Source: Piromyces finnis finn (Eukaryota > Fungi > Neocallimastigomycota). Taken from it: a DNA stretch of 64,000 nt. The notes under the pieces were generated by a model. The model saw only the letters and a program-made list of their open reading frames with translations. It was not told the DNA's origin and searched no databases. Where the stretch lies: the NCBI GenBank assembly GCA_002104945.1, contig MCFH01000006.1:1178001-1242000 (forward strand), in the 5' to 3' direction. The position numbers and the translations under genes were made by a program. This document shows, piece by piece, positions 43,187 to 58,381 of this stretch. Numbering within the stretch: position 1 is the stretch's first letter; each line of letters opens with the position of its first letter.

Positions 43187-46100
43187 TTTGATAGTGAATT
43201 ATCAATTTCCTTTCTTTCCTTTTTTTTACTTTAATATTTCATTTATATTATTTTCATATTAAAAAATAGAATAGTATAAAATAATGTATAATGTATTAAT
43301 TAATTATATTCTCTTTTTTTTTAAAAAAAAAAAAATGAAATAAAAGAAACAAATATGGAATTTATAAACTTTTCAAAATAAAATTTAATTATTATTATTG
43401 TTGTTGTTGTTGTTGAAATAAAATTATAATAATAATAATAATAATAATAATATAGGTTAAATTAATAATATTAAAAAAATTTTTTTATTATATTTTCTGA
43501 TATTTTTTGATTAATTCAAAATTCAGATGCTTAGATGAAAAAAAAAAAAGATATTTAACCAAAAATAAATTATACCGTAAAACACAATACCAATAGTAAT
43601 AAAATGGGTAAAGCTATATTGTCTAGTTATATGATAAAAAATAAATAATATAAACTATCAAAATATTTAATTGATGTTAAAAGGTTAATTCATCTTTTAA
43701 TAACACTTAAAGGTTAGTTTATTATATTTTATTTTTTTTTCTTTTAAGACTAATGGTAAAAAATGAAACATAAAAAATTTTGGTTGTATAGTAAATAAAT
43801 ATTAATATAAAATGTATTATTCTCATTATTTTAAATAATATAATGAATAATAATAGTAAATATATATATAATATATTTTATATATATTAAATATATAAAT
43901 TAACAATATATATAAAAAAATTAATTATAATTAAATTTTTTTAACTCTAATCATTTAATAATAATTAAATATAATTAATTTTTTTTTTAATTTAATTTCT
44001 TTTATTATTAATTAAAACTACTTCGCAATAAAATTAGTTTTGAATCCTAATACTATTTAATGTTAAGAAATAATGTTTTGCCTATATTATAAGTTTAAAA
44101 GATTTTAATACTATTTAAAAAAAAACATTATTATACTTTATATAAATTATTTTCAATAATTCAAAAAAAACATGAAAAATACACTAAAACTAACTAATAT
44201 AATTAATTATTATTTATAACTTGTATAGAATTTAAAAAATAGTAAATAAAAAAAATTAATTTATTATAAATTTAAAATATGTGTATATATATTTTAATAA
44301 TTTTATAACAAAAATAATAAATCGTGTATATTACAGTATTGTAGTAACAATAATTTCTTAGTATTATTTAAAATATTAAATATTTATTGTTATTAAGAAA
44401 TTAGTAAAATATAATTATATAGAAAATGTAAATTATTATTGTTTTTATAGTAAATAGTAATTTATAATTCCATATATATTACAGATTGAAAAAATAATGA
44501 ATTAAAATTATATCTATCTTTTTCTCTTTTTAAGTTCTTAAAATACTAATAACTTTGAATCTTAAATTTTTTCTTTTAATAATATAATGACATAAAAGGA
44601 TAAATTTAATAAACCTTAATAATTATAATTATAACAACAATAATAATAAGTTTATAAGGGTTATGATTCTCAGTTGATTGATTTATAATATTTAATTTAA
44701 TACAAAAAAGGAATTTATTAGAAATTTTATTTCATTACTCGGTCATTTTTAAATTCAATTTAAGGATTAGATTTGATATGAACTTTTATAATTGCTTATT
44801 ATGTGCTTTTTTTTTAATCCATTAAATAATAGTATATTCAGCATATTATACATAATATAGCCTAGTTATATAATAAATTATAAATTATAAAAATTTAAAA
44901 TTATTACAGGTTAATAGATTTAAGTGAATAAGCATTGATTAATGTTTAAATAAAAAAAAAAAAAAAAAAAAAAAAGACCAATAGAGTAACATTTTGATTT
45001 ATTTTATTTTCAAATTAGAATAGAGATGTCATAAATACAATAAATTTTAAACAATTAATTATTCAGATTTATTATATACGATCACCGATTGTGAATATAC
45101 AATTATTATAAAATTAATCTTGTTTTTATTAGCAACACAAACAATAATAAATTTGAATAGAAATTTATTTAGTATAAGTAATAAAATAATTTTATGATAT
45201 TGAATTCAAAAACAATTAAATGTGCTATATAAATCTACATAGATTTAAATTATTCATGTAAATTGTTATGTTATATTTTATTATCAATAATTATTAACAA
45301 TTAAAATTTACAAAGTTTAATATTTGATTTCTTGAACACTAAATATTAGAAAAGTGAAAATTATGGAATAAGGATAATTACAAAAATTTATTTATTTATT
45401 TAGAGATAAAATAAGTAAAATTAAATAAAACTATATATAATTTTATTTTATTTAATAATAATTAAAAAAAAAAAAAATATATATATATATATATATATTT
45501 TATATAATACTATAATACTACAGAACATTGAAGTTATAATTTCTAACAATTTATAAATAGTTAATTTTTTTTTTTTTTCAAAAATGGATAAAAAAAGAAC
45601 AGAAACAAAAACAAAAACAAAACAAAACAAATAAATATACCAATATATTTATTTTTCTTTCTTTAAAAAAAAAAAAAGAAAAGAAATCTATTAAACTAAA
45701 TTTGATAATTTATTATAAAAAATTAAATTTAGTTAAATGAAAGATAAAGTACATTTAATAAATAAATAATTAAATAAATAAATAAATAAATAAAATAAAA
45801 ATAAAATAGAATAAAAAAAATTAAATTAAACCCAGTATAATTATTAATAAAATTACTTTTATAATATAGCTTCTACTATTATGATGCATTTAAATAAATG
45901 ATAATTAGATGATAATGATGCATATACTGTTAATTTATGTTTAGCCCTATTTTCATATTTCTTTTCCTTTCTTTTTCTTTTTTTTTTTGTTATTTGTTGT
46001 CGATTGATTCATTAGGGGGTATCATTTATACTAATTATTGCAAATATATATTTGAATAATTTTTACAATTTATATTTCTTTTATATTTTCTTTTTTTTTT

Positions 46101-46290
46101 CTCTTACTTTTTTTTTTTTCTATTTCAAAGAACTGATTTATATTATTGTTATTTTTTTACTTTTTTTTTATTTACTTTTGTTTGATTAATTCTTATACTA
46201 AATTATAAGAATATTATACTATTTATTTTATATTGGTATATCTCAAAAAATTTTTTTTATTTTTTATTTTTTTTTATTTATTAGTGTTGC

Positions 46291-49200
46291 TTACTCATTT
46301 TCAATTAATCTAGCACCCTTAATTTCAAAATCAATCATTAAATAACTGTTAGATTCTTCATCAATATCATCTGATTCAAGGTTGGTAATAATAGCCATTT
46401 TTGGTTTTTTAGTAAATGGAAGGTGATAAACATTATCATTTTCCTGACTTTCAGATCTTGTTGAATGCTCTTTATTTTCTTCTACACCTTTTTTGTAATT
46501 AGAAGATGGTGTAATTGTTTTATTGTTTTCATGAGCAGCAATTTCTTCTGTTGATGTAGTATCATTAGATTGTAAACGGTTAAAGATAGGAATAGATGGT
46601 TCTAAAATATCATTAGTTGATAATGGGAAAAGTTGAACTAATTTTGGGCTATAGAAATAGGTTGTATCTGGATAAAATTTAATAAATTGCTTCATATTAT
46701 AAGGAATTTCCTTAGAATATGATTTTTGAGAATAATAATAATTATTATTATTCTTTTTAATAGTGAGATCAGTTGAACTCTTTTCATTTTTATCTTCAGC
46801 ATTATAAACTTTTATAATGTCCTTAACATTGGATGGATCTTTGGCGTAAGTATGATTTTCATGAATACTACAAAAACCTTCTACAATCCAATGTTGAAGT
46901 AAAGATAATTGCTTTAATGATTCTTCATCCAAGTCAACATTTTTTGGATGGAAGATACTCATTAATGATGAAATTTCGTTGAAAGAAGTATATTCATAAT
47001 TTTTCTTTATACTTTTAAGAGTAGTATTACGTTTATGTTTTGGTTTAGTTTGACTACCATTTTTTAATTTTCTTGATTTTTTATATTGAGATAATTGTCC
47101 TCTTTCTTTTCTAAGATAATTTATATTGCTTCTTCTTCTATCACTAATTTCTAATTCTCCACTTTGTACTGGGGTATCAGCAAGTTCATAGTGGCCGCTA
47201 TCTAATAAATATGGTTTTTCTTGTTCATAAGAGCTACTTAATATTTTACCTGTATTATCAGGTGAAATAGAAGCAAGAGAAAAATCACTTAACTTATTCA
47301 TGAAAGAAGAAATAAGGTTTTTACTAACTTCATTACTATTATTATTTGTGAAAATTGATAATGGGAATGTAAATAAGGAAAAAGAAAAGATAAGAATCAT
47401 AAAAACTATGCCAATCTCTTTACTCTTGGTTGATGAATTATTTTGATCTGTTGATGAGCTACTAGAAACAGTAGATGTAGGTGTAAGTACTTCTGACTTA
47501 ATATATAAATTATAAATATCATTTGGCATTTCAGTGGTTGTATTTATTTCTGGAATATCTGTCATCATAGGTTCATCTGGCTCTTTTTTTATCGAAACAT
47601 CATTTATTCCCATATTCATTTTTAATAATTTATTTTCTTTAACTAATTTTTCATTTAATTGTTCCAACTCAATAACTTTTAATTTTAAAGTTTGATTTTC
47701 AGCAATTAATTCTTGAGCATGAGTCTCTAACATATGGAGTTGTTCGCGTTTTCTTTTTCTAGAAAGATGAGCAGCTTCACGGTTTTTTAAAAGACGTTCT
47801 TGACGTTTTTGATAAGCAGTTTTAACTGTATTAGCACCATTAGTACTATTGGTGTTATTTTTTTCTGTTGAACCATTTGGTAAAATTGGTGTAGGGTGAA
47901 TAATAGTAGAATTTATTGTTTTTGATGTAGTGTTATTAAAACAATTAATTGAATTTGATTTAGTAGTAATTGGTGCTAATGGTAAGAGAGGTGTGTGATT
48001 ATCGGCTGATGAAGATTTTGGTTTTATTATTGGAAATTTATTGCCAATTACGTTATTTGTATTTTTATCATTGTTGGCATTTACAGTATTTAATAATGGG
48101 AAAGTTTTATTATTATTAGAAGAAGTAGTACTAGTTAAGGTATTTGAATTGTTATCATCTGATGGACTTTGAATACATTTCTTCTTTCTACCGGGTTTTC
48201 CCTTAGAACCCTTTAAAAGATTTAAACAGGAAGCAGCAACATCTGATTTCAAAATATCAGTAACATCAATAGAATTTCCTTTTTTAAGAGTTGAACCATT
48301 GACTTGACTTAACTTTTTGGTTAATTCCAAAGTTTCATTTACGCTAGATTTAATAGATGATAAATCCAAGGTAGCAGAAAGTGGTGGCTTAGTGGTAGTT
48401 GTATTTGTAGAAGTAACAGAATTAGTATTAACATTTGTTGATACTACAGAAGAAGTAGTATTATCTTCATTTTCAGTTTTGACAGTAGCTAAAGCAGGAG
48501 CTGAGGTTGAATTAATAATAACTGAAGGATTCATACCTACAGTATTGACATTAGAAATTGTTAATGATTCATTCATAGATAAAGGTGTTAATGACTGAAG
48601 GGAATTAATATTTAATGCTGCAGTCGTGGCCATCGCATTATTTAAATTTAAAGCATTAGATGGAACTGTATACTCTAATGCATTAGTTGGTACAGTAACT
48701 GTTGGTAAAGTTATATTGGTGTTAAGTGAAACTGGGATATTATTACTAGTTGGGAGTGAAATATTGACAGTGGATAAAGGATTTAATGCATCTTATATAT
48801 ATATAATAAAATTAATATATAAATAATTATAAAATGATTTTGAAGAAAAGTTATAAAAATTTTTTTTTTACCATTTATGTAATTTGTTGTTGGAATAGTT
48901 ATATTAGAATCTGGAAGTATTTGTGGGAAAAGTGGTGACTTTTCTCTTTCTTCTGAACACATGGAATTTAGCATTGTATTATCATCAATATATTCTTGAT
49001 GATTAGATAATGACATTAAAGATGGATTCATTATACCATCACTAACTAACAATCCATTGTTTTGATAAATTTGAGTTAAATTTAATAAACTTGGTTCATC
49101 ATTTTTTATATCATTACCATCTGAACCAATTGATGATGGTGATAAAGCTTCTAATTCTATTGATGAAGAGTTAGATAAATTTATAGAATTAGAAGGTATA

Positions 49201-49496
49201 TTTTGAGAATTTAAATATATATCACCGTTTGGTGAATTTATATCATCTTGTGGTGGTGATAAAGGTAATGTTGAACTATATACATTATTAGTTATAGAAT
49301 TATATATTGAAGCTTGGGCTAATGCTATTTTATTCTTTTCTGTCATATTAATAGTAGAATTTACATTTTTATTATTTTCAGATTTTATATAATTTGTGAA
49401 TATATCATCACTTAATTCATTTTTAGAATTATTATTAGTAATAAGTTCTTCATTAATATATGACAATATGTCATCACTATTCATAGATTCTGCCAT
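46291..49496 (-). CDS. Membrane-tethered bZIP transcription factor, ATF6-like (one intron 48792-48871)
   Basis: bZIP KRQERLLKNREAAHLSRKRKREQL plus Leu zipper (~47630-47815). Hydrophobic TM GIVFMILIFSFSLFTFPLSIF (~47350-47415). Luminal RGQL. C-terminus KPKMAII...YLMIDFEIKGARLI. Confidence 0.85.
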
Positions 49497-49556
49497 TTTA
49501 AATATAATTATTACGTTAGTATTAATTTTATTGACAATAATATTTCTTTTTCTATT

Positions 49557-49590
<34 letters not shown>

Positions 49591-52500
49591 TTAATATATA
49601 TTACGCTATATATATAGCTAAATCACTCTTTCATAATATAAGGTAAAAAGAGAAATGATTTTTTTTAAAAGAAATTTTTATTTATTTTTAAATAATTCAG
49701 TAATTTTTTATTTTTATTATTTATATTAATGATAAATTTGTTTTTTTTTTTTTTTAAATATCTAAAGAAATATTTATAACTGTTTTTTTAATTTCCTTTT
49801 TTATTTTATTTTTTTAAAGATTGCTATTTTATGATGTATCTTGATTTTCTTTTTTCTTTTTCTTTTTTTTTATAATATATACAAAATATTTTTTATTCTT
49901 TTTTCTTTTTCTATTTTTGTTATTTGATGTAAAAAATATATTTTACTCTTTAAATTTATTTTATTATATTATATAAACTTATTTCTATTATTGTTTTTTT
50001 ATTAATAGTAAAAAAGAAAAAGATTAAATTTAATATTTAATTTAATGTATAATTATTTTAAATCAGTTTTATGAAATAAAAAAAAATATTATGAAAGAAA
50101 AAATTACAACTCTTAATATTTAAAAATTATATTAAATAAATATTTTTTAAAAAAAAATATTATTTATTAATATATAATATTACAATATAATAAAATATGT
50201 ATAAAATCGTATAAAATCTTGTATATATCTTTAAATTCTGTACTATATAAATAAGTTGTTTATGAATAATAATTTTATGAAAGTATTATATATTATTAAA
50301 AAAAATTAAATTGTCATATATTAATATATTATTTTTGATTTATATATTAAAAATAATATATGTATCATTTACTTCATAATATATTATTTACTTCTAATAA
50401 TTAATTTATTATGCTTTATTTATTGGAAAATTATAATTTTTCTATAATATAAAATTAAGAATATCATTTATTGTTTTACAATTAAAATTCTTTATTTTTT
50501 AAAGTTTTAACTTTTTTTTTTCCCCTTATTTGTAAAACAATATAATTCAATTATTAATTATTATATATATTAATATACGATCTGATTTTTTTTAAATAAA
50601 AAATATTAATATACTTATTTCCAATCACTTCCAATACCAAAGAAAAAAAAAGTTTCCTAGTTAACTGTGGCAATAAAAAGATTTTTAAAGTTTTACCTGA
50701 AAAATTATCAAATGCCTTTTTGAAGAGTGGTTTTATATTATTTTCAATGATGCTTTATTATTTTATCAATGTTAAATATTACTTTGTTTTTTTTTATACT
50801 ACTACTATAATGATGACAACAATAACAATGATAATAAATAAAATAAATAAAATAAATATAATAAATATACTACAACTAATAATAATTTTTTTCTATAATA
50901 TTTCTATAATATTCTATAACTCTATAACTCTATATTCTATAATTTATTGTTATTATTATTGTATCATATAATATTGTATAATTTTATAGTTTTGTAAAGT
51001 CATGTAAATCTAACCAATTATTAGCATATGCTATTGAATAATTCAATGAATGTTATTATTGTCATTTTATTGTTCTTTTGAATTTACTAGATATTTTTAT
51101 TTCTATTTAAAATAAAAAAATAATTAAAGGACACTTATATTTCTATTTATATTATTTAGGTCCCTCCATAGAACTAAAAATATTTCATATTTCATAATAA
51201 AAACTATAATAATTTTTTTATAATAAGTCATGTTTTTTATTAATTTTTTTTCTTTTTTCAATTAATAATTTATTAATTAATTAATATCAAGATTAAATTA
51301 GTTTTTGATTCATCAAAAAAGCTAATTTATTATAATTCCATTAGTTGGTATGGCTATTTTAATAAAACATAATAATAATAAAGCAAGTTTAATAATTATA
51401 AAAAATGTAATGAATAATTTAATTAAAGAAATTTACAAAAGAAAAAATAGTATGAATAAAGTATAAATGCATATTTTTTTTTTCCTGTCAAAAAATAATA
51501 TTAACCAATATAATACTTATTAATAATGATACCTTTGAATAATAATAATTTATTATTATTATTACTATTATTAATCATCATAATAATAATATATAATATT
51601 ATTGTTATTTGTATTAATTATTATTTGTTATTGTTCATCATCATATTAATATATTATTTAATTAAAAATTTCATTTCTGTCACAATTTATCATCATAATT
51701 ATGCAAATTATTTTTAATATTGATTTTCCTATTTTTATTAATTTTTATTAAAATTTAGGTATATGAAACTTTACTAAATTAAAATAATTTTATTATAGAT
51801 ACCATGCTTATATATTACAATCAATTGGAAAATATACAATATATATTACGATAAATGAGGTATTTGATATATATAATTTTTTTTTACTTAACCTTTTGTT
51901 TAAAATAATAAAAATATATACTTATGGTAATATTACCAATTAACAAATAATACTCAAAAAATAAAAAAATGAATATAAAAAAACACCTTTATTTTTTTTT
52001 TACAAGTAGTTTTAGATTTAACAAAAAAAAAAAAAAAAGAAAAAATGAATTCTAATGTGTTATATGTTTTATCTATAATATGAATATAGATTTAACTTTA
52101 ATAATTATTATATTAAAATTATTACCTTATTTAGAAGTTTGCCAATCCTTTCCAACATTTATTAATTTGTTTCATTATAAAATGAATATATAAAAGAGCT
52201 TTGAAAAAAGGAAAAACCTTTAAAAAGCTAAATTCAAAAAATACATTTTTAAGTCTATGAATAGTGATTACTTTAATTTTTTAATACAAATAAAGAATAT
52301 TACAAAATAAAAAGATTAATAATAAAAAAATAATATTTTTATTTAATTTTTAATTTTATAGACATTAGTATATGATATTATTTATTTAATTATATTTCCT
52401 ATATATTATCACTTATAAAGTATTTGCGCCATATTTAAGCTTTTATATTGTTGTATTTGTATACTATTTATAAGTTAGGTATATTTTAATATATCAAAAT

Positions 52501-54478
52501 ATATCTAATTATATCAATATTATACTTTAAATATTAAAAGTAATATAAAATAATAAATTGGTAAATAAATAAATAGAAAAAAAAAAAACGTTTTAATATT
52601 TTATAGATTTGTTTACCAGAAAAAAAATGTTCCATATAATAATTATTTATATAATTATGATTATTCATTTATATATTATATTTTGTAATATGAGCAATGT
52701 AAGATATAGTCTTTTAATATTTTTGTTATATTTCTAATCAATAGTAAATATAATAATATCATACTTATTACATTAATGATATTAATAAAGATAATAATTA
52801 AATAATCTATCCATATAAAAAAATAAATATATACTTTTTTTTTTTATAATAAAAAAAGAGTGTATGTGTATACTTATAAAAATTAAGGAATATAGTGTAG
52901 AAAAATCTATTTCTTTTTTTAATAAATTCATTTAAATTTTAATATAAAATTTTATTAGTGAAAATTGTTCGAAAATTATTGGTTAAATAAAATTCAAGCA
53001 TCTAATTCTTTTCAATTAATATTTATTGTATAAAAAAAAACATCATAATAATATATTATTAATTATAATATTATATTTATTTTATATAAATATTGTTTAT
53101 ATACTAATATTCCAATTGTATAAAATTTCATTTTTATTTTGCAGAAAAAATTTATCAAAATATTTTGTACAATGCAATTAATGTGATTGAGTAAAGAAAT
53201 ATAATGTAAATGTAAATGCTTATTATAAAATTTTTAAAATTTCAAAAACAATTAAAACTCAAATTACATTTAAAATTAGTTATTTGAATATAGGAAGTAA
53301 AAAAAAATGAAGAAACATATGATACTAAGTATAAATGTAAGTATTATAATAAGTGTAATAGTAATAAACATATATATTAGTATTTTAAGAATTATAAATT
53401 CTTTTTAAAAAACAAAAATTAATAATCCAATTAATATATTATTTCAAAACTTGAATATTAAACTAATATATACGCCAGTTATATCTATTTTTTTTTTTTT
53501 TAACAATATCAATTATTACTGTTTTGTAACATTTTATAGGTAGTTAAAGTAATTTATAGTATTTTCAATTAACTAATAATGTAATTTAAAATTTTTATTA
53601 TTTTTCCTTTTTCAATTATTAATAATAATTATTAATAATTAATTATATACAAAATAGATTTTAAATATGTCTTATTATTGATGTTTATATCATTTAGCAT
53701 CCTTTAGGATAATTTTAACCAAACATATTTATTATTTTACTAGATATGGGACTATAATATTTATTAAAAATATCTCTAAAAAAGATGGTGTATATTTTTT
53801 TTAAAAAACAATAGAAAATTCTATTTATAACTAATATCGATTTATATATTCATAAATTATATTAATTAATTGTAAACTTTATTTAATAATTTTATATTAA
53901 TATTTTTAATTTTGCTAAATTAACATAGAAAAAAAAGGTTACTACAGTTAAGAAAAATATTATACCTGAATTAGAAAATATTTTTTGGCTTTGAAGATAA
54001 AATATATGCATGTAAATTTCTATTTTAATTATTTTTTATTGTTATTATTTCTTAATTATCTATATTTAGTTTTTATATTATAAAATTTATAAGATGAAAC
54101 GTTATATATTGCTTTTTAATAGAATATATATATATTTTTTTTTCAATTAAAATTTTTAATTACTATTTATATTATTGTTATTATTGATTATTTATTTTAT
54201 TTTATTTTGTTTTATTCTATGCTTATTATACTTATTATACTTATTATTCTTATTATTCTTATTAATGATTATTTATTTTATTTTGTTTTATTCTATGCTT
54301 ATTATTATTATTATTATTATTATTAATTTAATTTAATAATACTATTTTTGTATGATTTATGTTAAGTTCATAATATTATATATTTATTTATTTATCTAAT
54401 TATTTATTATTATTATTATTTTAATTTGATTCTTTTTTTATTTTTTTTTTTCTTTTTATTTCTATGACTGAATTTAAT

Positions 54479-56999
54479 TTATTCGATACTAAATGAATCA
54501 TCAAAAGGAGATTCGTGACGTTGAATAGGATCTTCAATAGCAGTTGATTCTGCAGCAAAAATATTATTTATAGGATTGACCCGATTATTGCTATTATTAT
54601 AACTATTGAGTCGTGGTGAATAGGAAAAAGTAGTGGTAATAGAAGAATGACTGGATTTACGACCATTATAGTAGTTTGTTGTGTAAGCATTATTAGGTTT
54701 AGAATAAATATTATTATTAAGATTATCTCTTTTAAAAATATTATTTGCTTTGGCAGGGAGGAAAGATTTAGATGATGCATTGTTAATTGAAGAAATAGAA
54801 TAGTTACTCTGATATGAAACTGCTGATAGCGCAGGTGAAGCAACTAATGGTCTCGATTTATATCTATCATAGGCTTGATTTTGTGTTGGAATTTGGTAAC
54901 AATCTGAGAATGGGGATTGATGACGTTCTATTGGATCGACTATCGATCGATTACTCATACTGTCAAGACGAGAAGGAATAGCAAATGTATTTGAATTGGA
55001 TATAGTAGAATTAGAGGAAATGGATACATTATCATTGTCATAACGATTACTACTGCTATTATTATTAATGATACTCATATTGGTATAATAAGATTGAGAA
55101 GGATTAGAAGCATCATGTGGGAAATAAGAATTAGCAGAATAGATATCATCTTGGTAAGTTTGTGAGGGAATGTTTGTGATAATAGAAGACTGTGTGCCAT
55201 TCTCATTTTTTTTGTTGTAAGATTGTGGTAATGTTGCAGAATGAATAACATCTTGTTCATTATGATATTGCTGAAGAGATTTCATGAAAATATCCATAGC
55301 TTTTTGACTTAACTTATCATGATCGTTATCATTTTTTAATGGAGACATTGGTGGCTCTTGATTTGAAATATCTTGATTTATCAAATCATTAGTATTTTCT
55401 GTAAGTGGTGCAGCAATTGGTGTAGAAGAGGCACTATCATTTTGGTATTGCTGATATGATCTCATAAGAATCTCCATAGCTTTTTTACTCAACTTTTCAT
55501 GATCTATGTCTTCTTTATCTATTTCTTTTGCTGAAGACTGTGATGATTCTTGATTTAACTCAGAAGAATCGCTACCATTAGTAATTATGGTAGATGTAGT
55601 GACAGCACTATTATCAACTGATGTAGTGTTTTCATGATATTGCTGATAAGATTTCATAAAGATATCCCTAGCACGTTGACTTAATTTTTCATGTTCGTTT
55701 TCTTCTTCATCCTCTTCATTTTCTTGGTTATTAATATTGACAGGTTTTTCTTTACTTTTATTTAATGGATTAACCCTTTTCTGGTTTTTATCGTTATCAT
55801 GTATACTACTTACAGTGGAGGGTAAAGTATTTGATATTTTTGATTTTTTCTTTTTATCTTTGGTTTTTATAGGTGATACTTCTGGCATTTGCTTATTAAG
55901 AGCAACAAGATTATCAACACTATGAACTGGTGTTAAAGAAGAGGTATCTAGTATATTACTAAAAGTATTTAATATACGTTGAGCTAAATTGGAAAGAGAC
56001 ACCAATTTGTCATGCTGTATTTTGTTGGAATAACAAGAATCCTTACCACGTTGACTGATTGTATATAATAATTTAGTAATATCATGATATCTATATGGTA
56101 TATTATTGCTAATGGTATTTTTTATTAAATTTTCTAATAAGATTAAATATGCTTTTTGAATCTATATATTTATATTTATTTTATTTATTTATTATTGTTA
56201 TTATTATTTCAATTAAATAATTAAATATATATTTTATAACAGGGAAATTAAAAGAATTAATAATTATTTTTTAAGGTTAAAATTTTTAATATTATGTTTT
56301 AAGTAAACATTACTGTATTTTATTTTTATGCTTACGTGTGTATTTTCGTCTGTTAAATTCCACAATTCTCTAAGAGTAATATCTAATAATACTGGTATAT
56401 CGTTTGTATAGAAAAATTTATCTAAGGAAGGTGTTGTAAATATTAAGTTTAAAAATTTTAAAAGGTAATATTTTACAGACATATCATCTATATAAAATAT
56501 ATAATATAAAAATATTAATTATAAATTTAAATTAAATTAGGTAACAGTATCAATTCCATAAATGAATCAGTTCTTATTATTGATATATCTAATTATTTTA
56601 TTTACTTGTTCTATTTAATAAGAAAATTAAATTTTCACTTAAAGTTTTGCTATGATTAATTCTTTTTTCTAAAATAGTAAGAATTGGATCAACAATGTTT
56701 GATATACTTTTATTTTTTAATTTTCTCGCTTTAATATTGTTTTGAATTTGATAGCTAAGAACCATCTATAAAAATAATTTATTATACAGGTTATACAAGT
56801 GGTTATTTTAATTTATTTTTGAATGATATATTTTGTAATTTTTTTTTTTTTTTTTTTTTTTTTACTATTGTTGTACTAGATATATTTACCAAAAATTCAA
56901 TGATAGAATAATTAGCACTTTCATCATGATAATTTCTTGTATGCTCGACAAATTGTAAGAGAATATCAATTATTTTTTCATTAAATATATCTATAGTAT

Positions 57000-57064
<65 letters not shown>

Positions 57065-57935
57065 GGTAATAATAAAGATAATAATAATAATAATAATAAT
57101 AATAATTTATATTAGTATTAAACTTTAAATTATAAAGTGTTAAAACATTATATTTATACCTAAATCTCTATTTGATAATTTATGTAAATGTCCAATTTTA
57201 AAACATACACGTAATGAAGATTGATAAAATAATTCATCTTTATATAATAAAAATAAAATAAAATAAAAAAAAAGAATAAATATATAAAAAAAATATATCA
57301 AGTAGAAACATATGAAATATATAAATATAAAAAAATTAGGGAATTTACTACTGGTGAAAGGTTCTTCTAAAATACTTATGGTTAATTTATTAAATATATC
57401 ATTGAATAATAAACGAGTGTAAAGATGTGGATATAATTGTCCTGAATAATAAATTAAGTAGTAAATAACCCATAATTGATTTTTATCTTCCTATTAATAT
57501 AATATAATAAAGAATAAAAATATTTCAGTTTATATTCTTTTATTTTCATTTAACTACTTTATTTGTTAATTAAAAATATAGAATGCTTTGTAAAAAAAAC
57601 ACTATACTGTTTCTGTTCTTTGTAATAGTTCTTCGTTTATTTTTGATATACTACTAAAGATTTTATCCATTCCTAAAAATGTGTAACATACTTCTCTTAT
57701 TTGATTTTCATTTTTAATAACTATATAAATATTTATATGGAAGTACATTTATAAAGTATTTATAATTAGATTTATTGTGTTTATGCATATTTAAAAAAAA
57801 AAAAAAACTATTTTACTTATATATATTTATTCCTTTCATTCTTTTTATGGTCGAATTACCTTCTCTATTTTCGATTATTTTATTAACAAATAAATTTAAA
57901 CATTCTTCAATTTTTGATTTTTCTAATTCTAATTC
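54479..57935 (-). CDS. LDB17: LDB17/SPIN90 (NCKIPSD)-like protein with a long disordered C-terminus; 5' end not resolved and may extend to ~58263
   Basis: Spliced exons give SENLIFLLNR, LLKFLNLIFTT...KFFYTNDIPVLLDITLRELWNL and AYLILLENLIKNT, characteristic of the SPIN90/Ldb17 domain. The last exon continues into ORF 54479..56005. Confidence 0.75.
57001..57107. repeat. (AAT)n microsatellite in an LDB17-like intron
   Basis: Directly visible. Confidence 0.9.
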
Positions 57936-58005
57936 AATTTCTATTATGTAATTCGAAGCAAATTAACGTTTTTTTATTTTATTATTATTTTTTTAAATGT
58001 TAGTT

Positions 58006-58041
<36 letters not shown>

Positions 58042-58079
58042 CATTTTAGTATAATTATATAGTTAAGAAGCTATATTTA

Positions 58080-58158
<79 letters not shown>
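58080..58158. repeat. (AAT)~26 microsatellite
   Basis: Directly visible. Confidence 0.9.
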
Positions 58159-58322
58159 GACATTTGAAATTTAAATTTTAAAATTCATTATTTATAAAAA
58201 GAAATTTAATTACACATTTTATTTTTTTTTACCATTAATAAAATTACTGAAATTTTCAGACATTTCCGAAATTATAATTGAATTATATTTATTAAATTAA
58301 ATTATTAATATTAGTTAACTAA

Positions 58323-58326
<4 letters not shown>

Positions 58327-58379
<53 letters not shown>
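58327..58379. repeat. Poly(T)53 tract
   Basis: Directly visible. No adjacent LINE 3' UTR similarity or TSD recognised. Confidence 0.9.

Positions 58380-58381
<2 letters not shown>

Noticed and set aside
50619-50640. Tandem CCAAT boxes upstream of the ATF6-like gene as an ER-stress element
   Set aside because: Does not match CCAAT-N9-CCACG and lies ~1.1 kb from the ATG.
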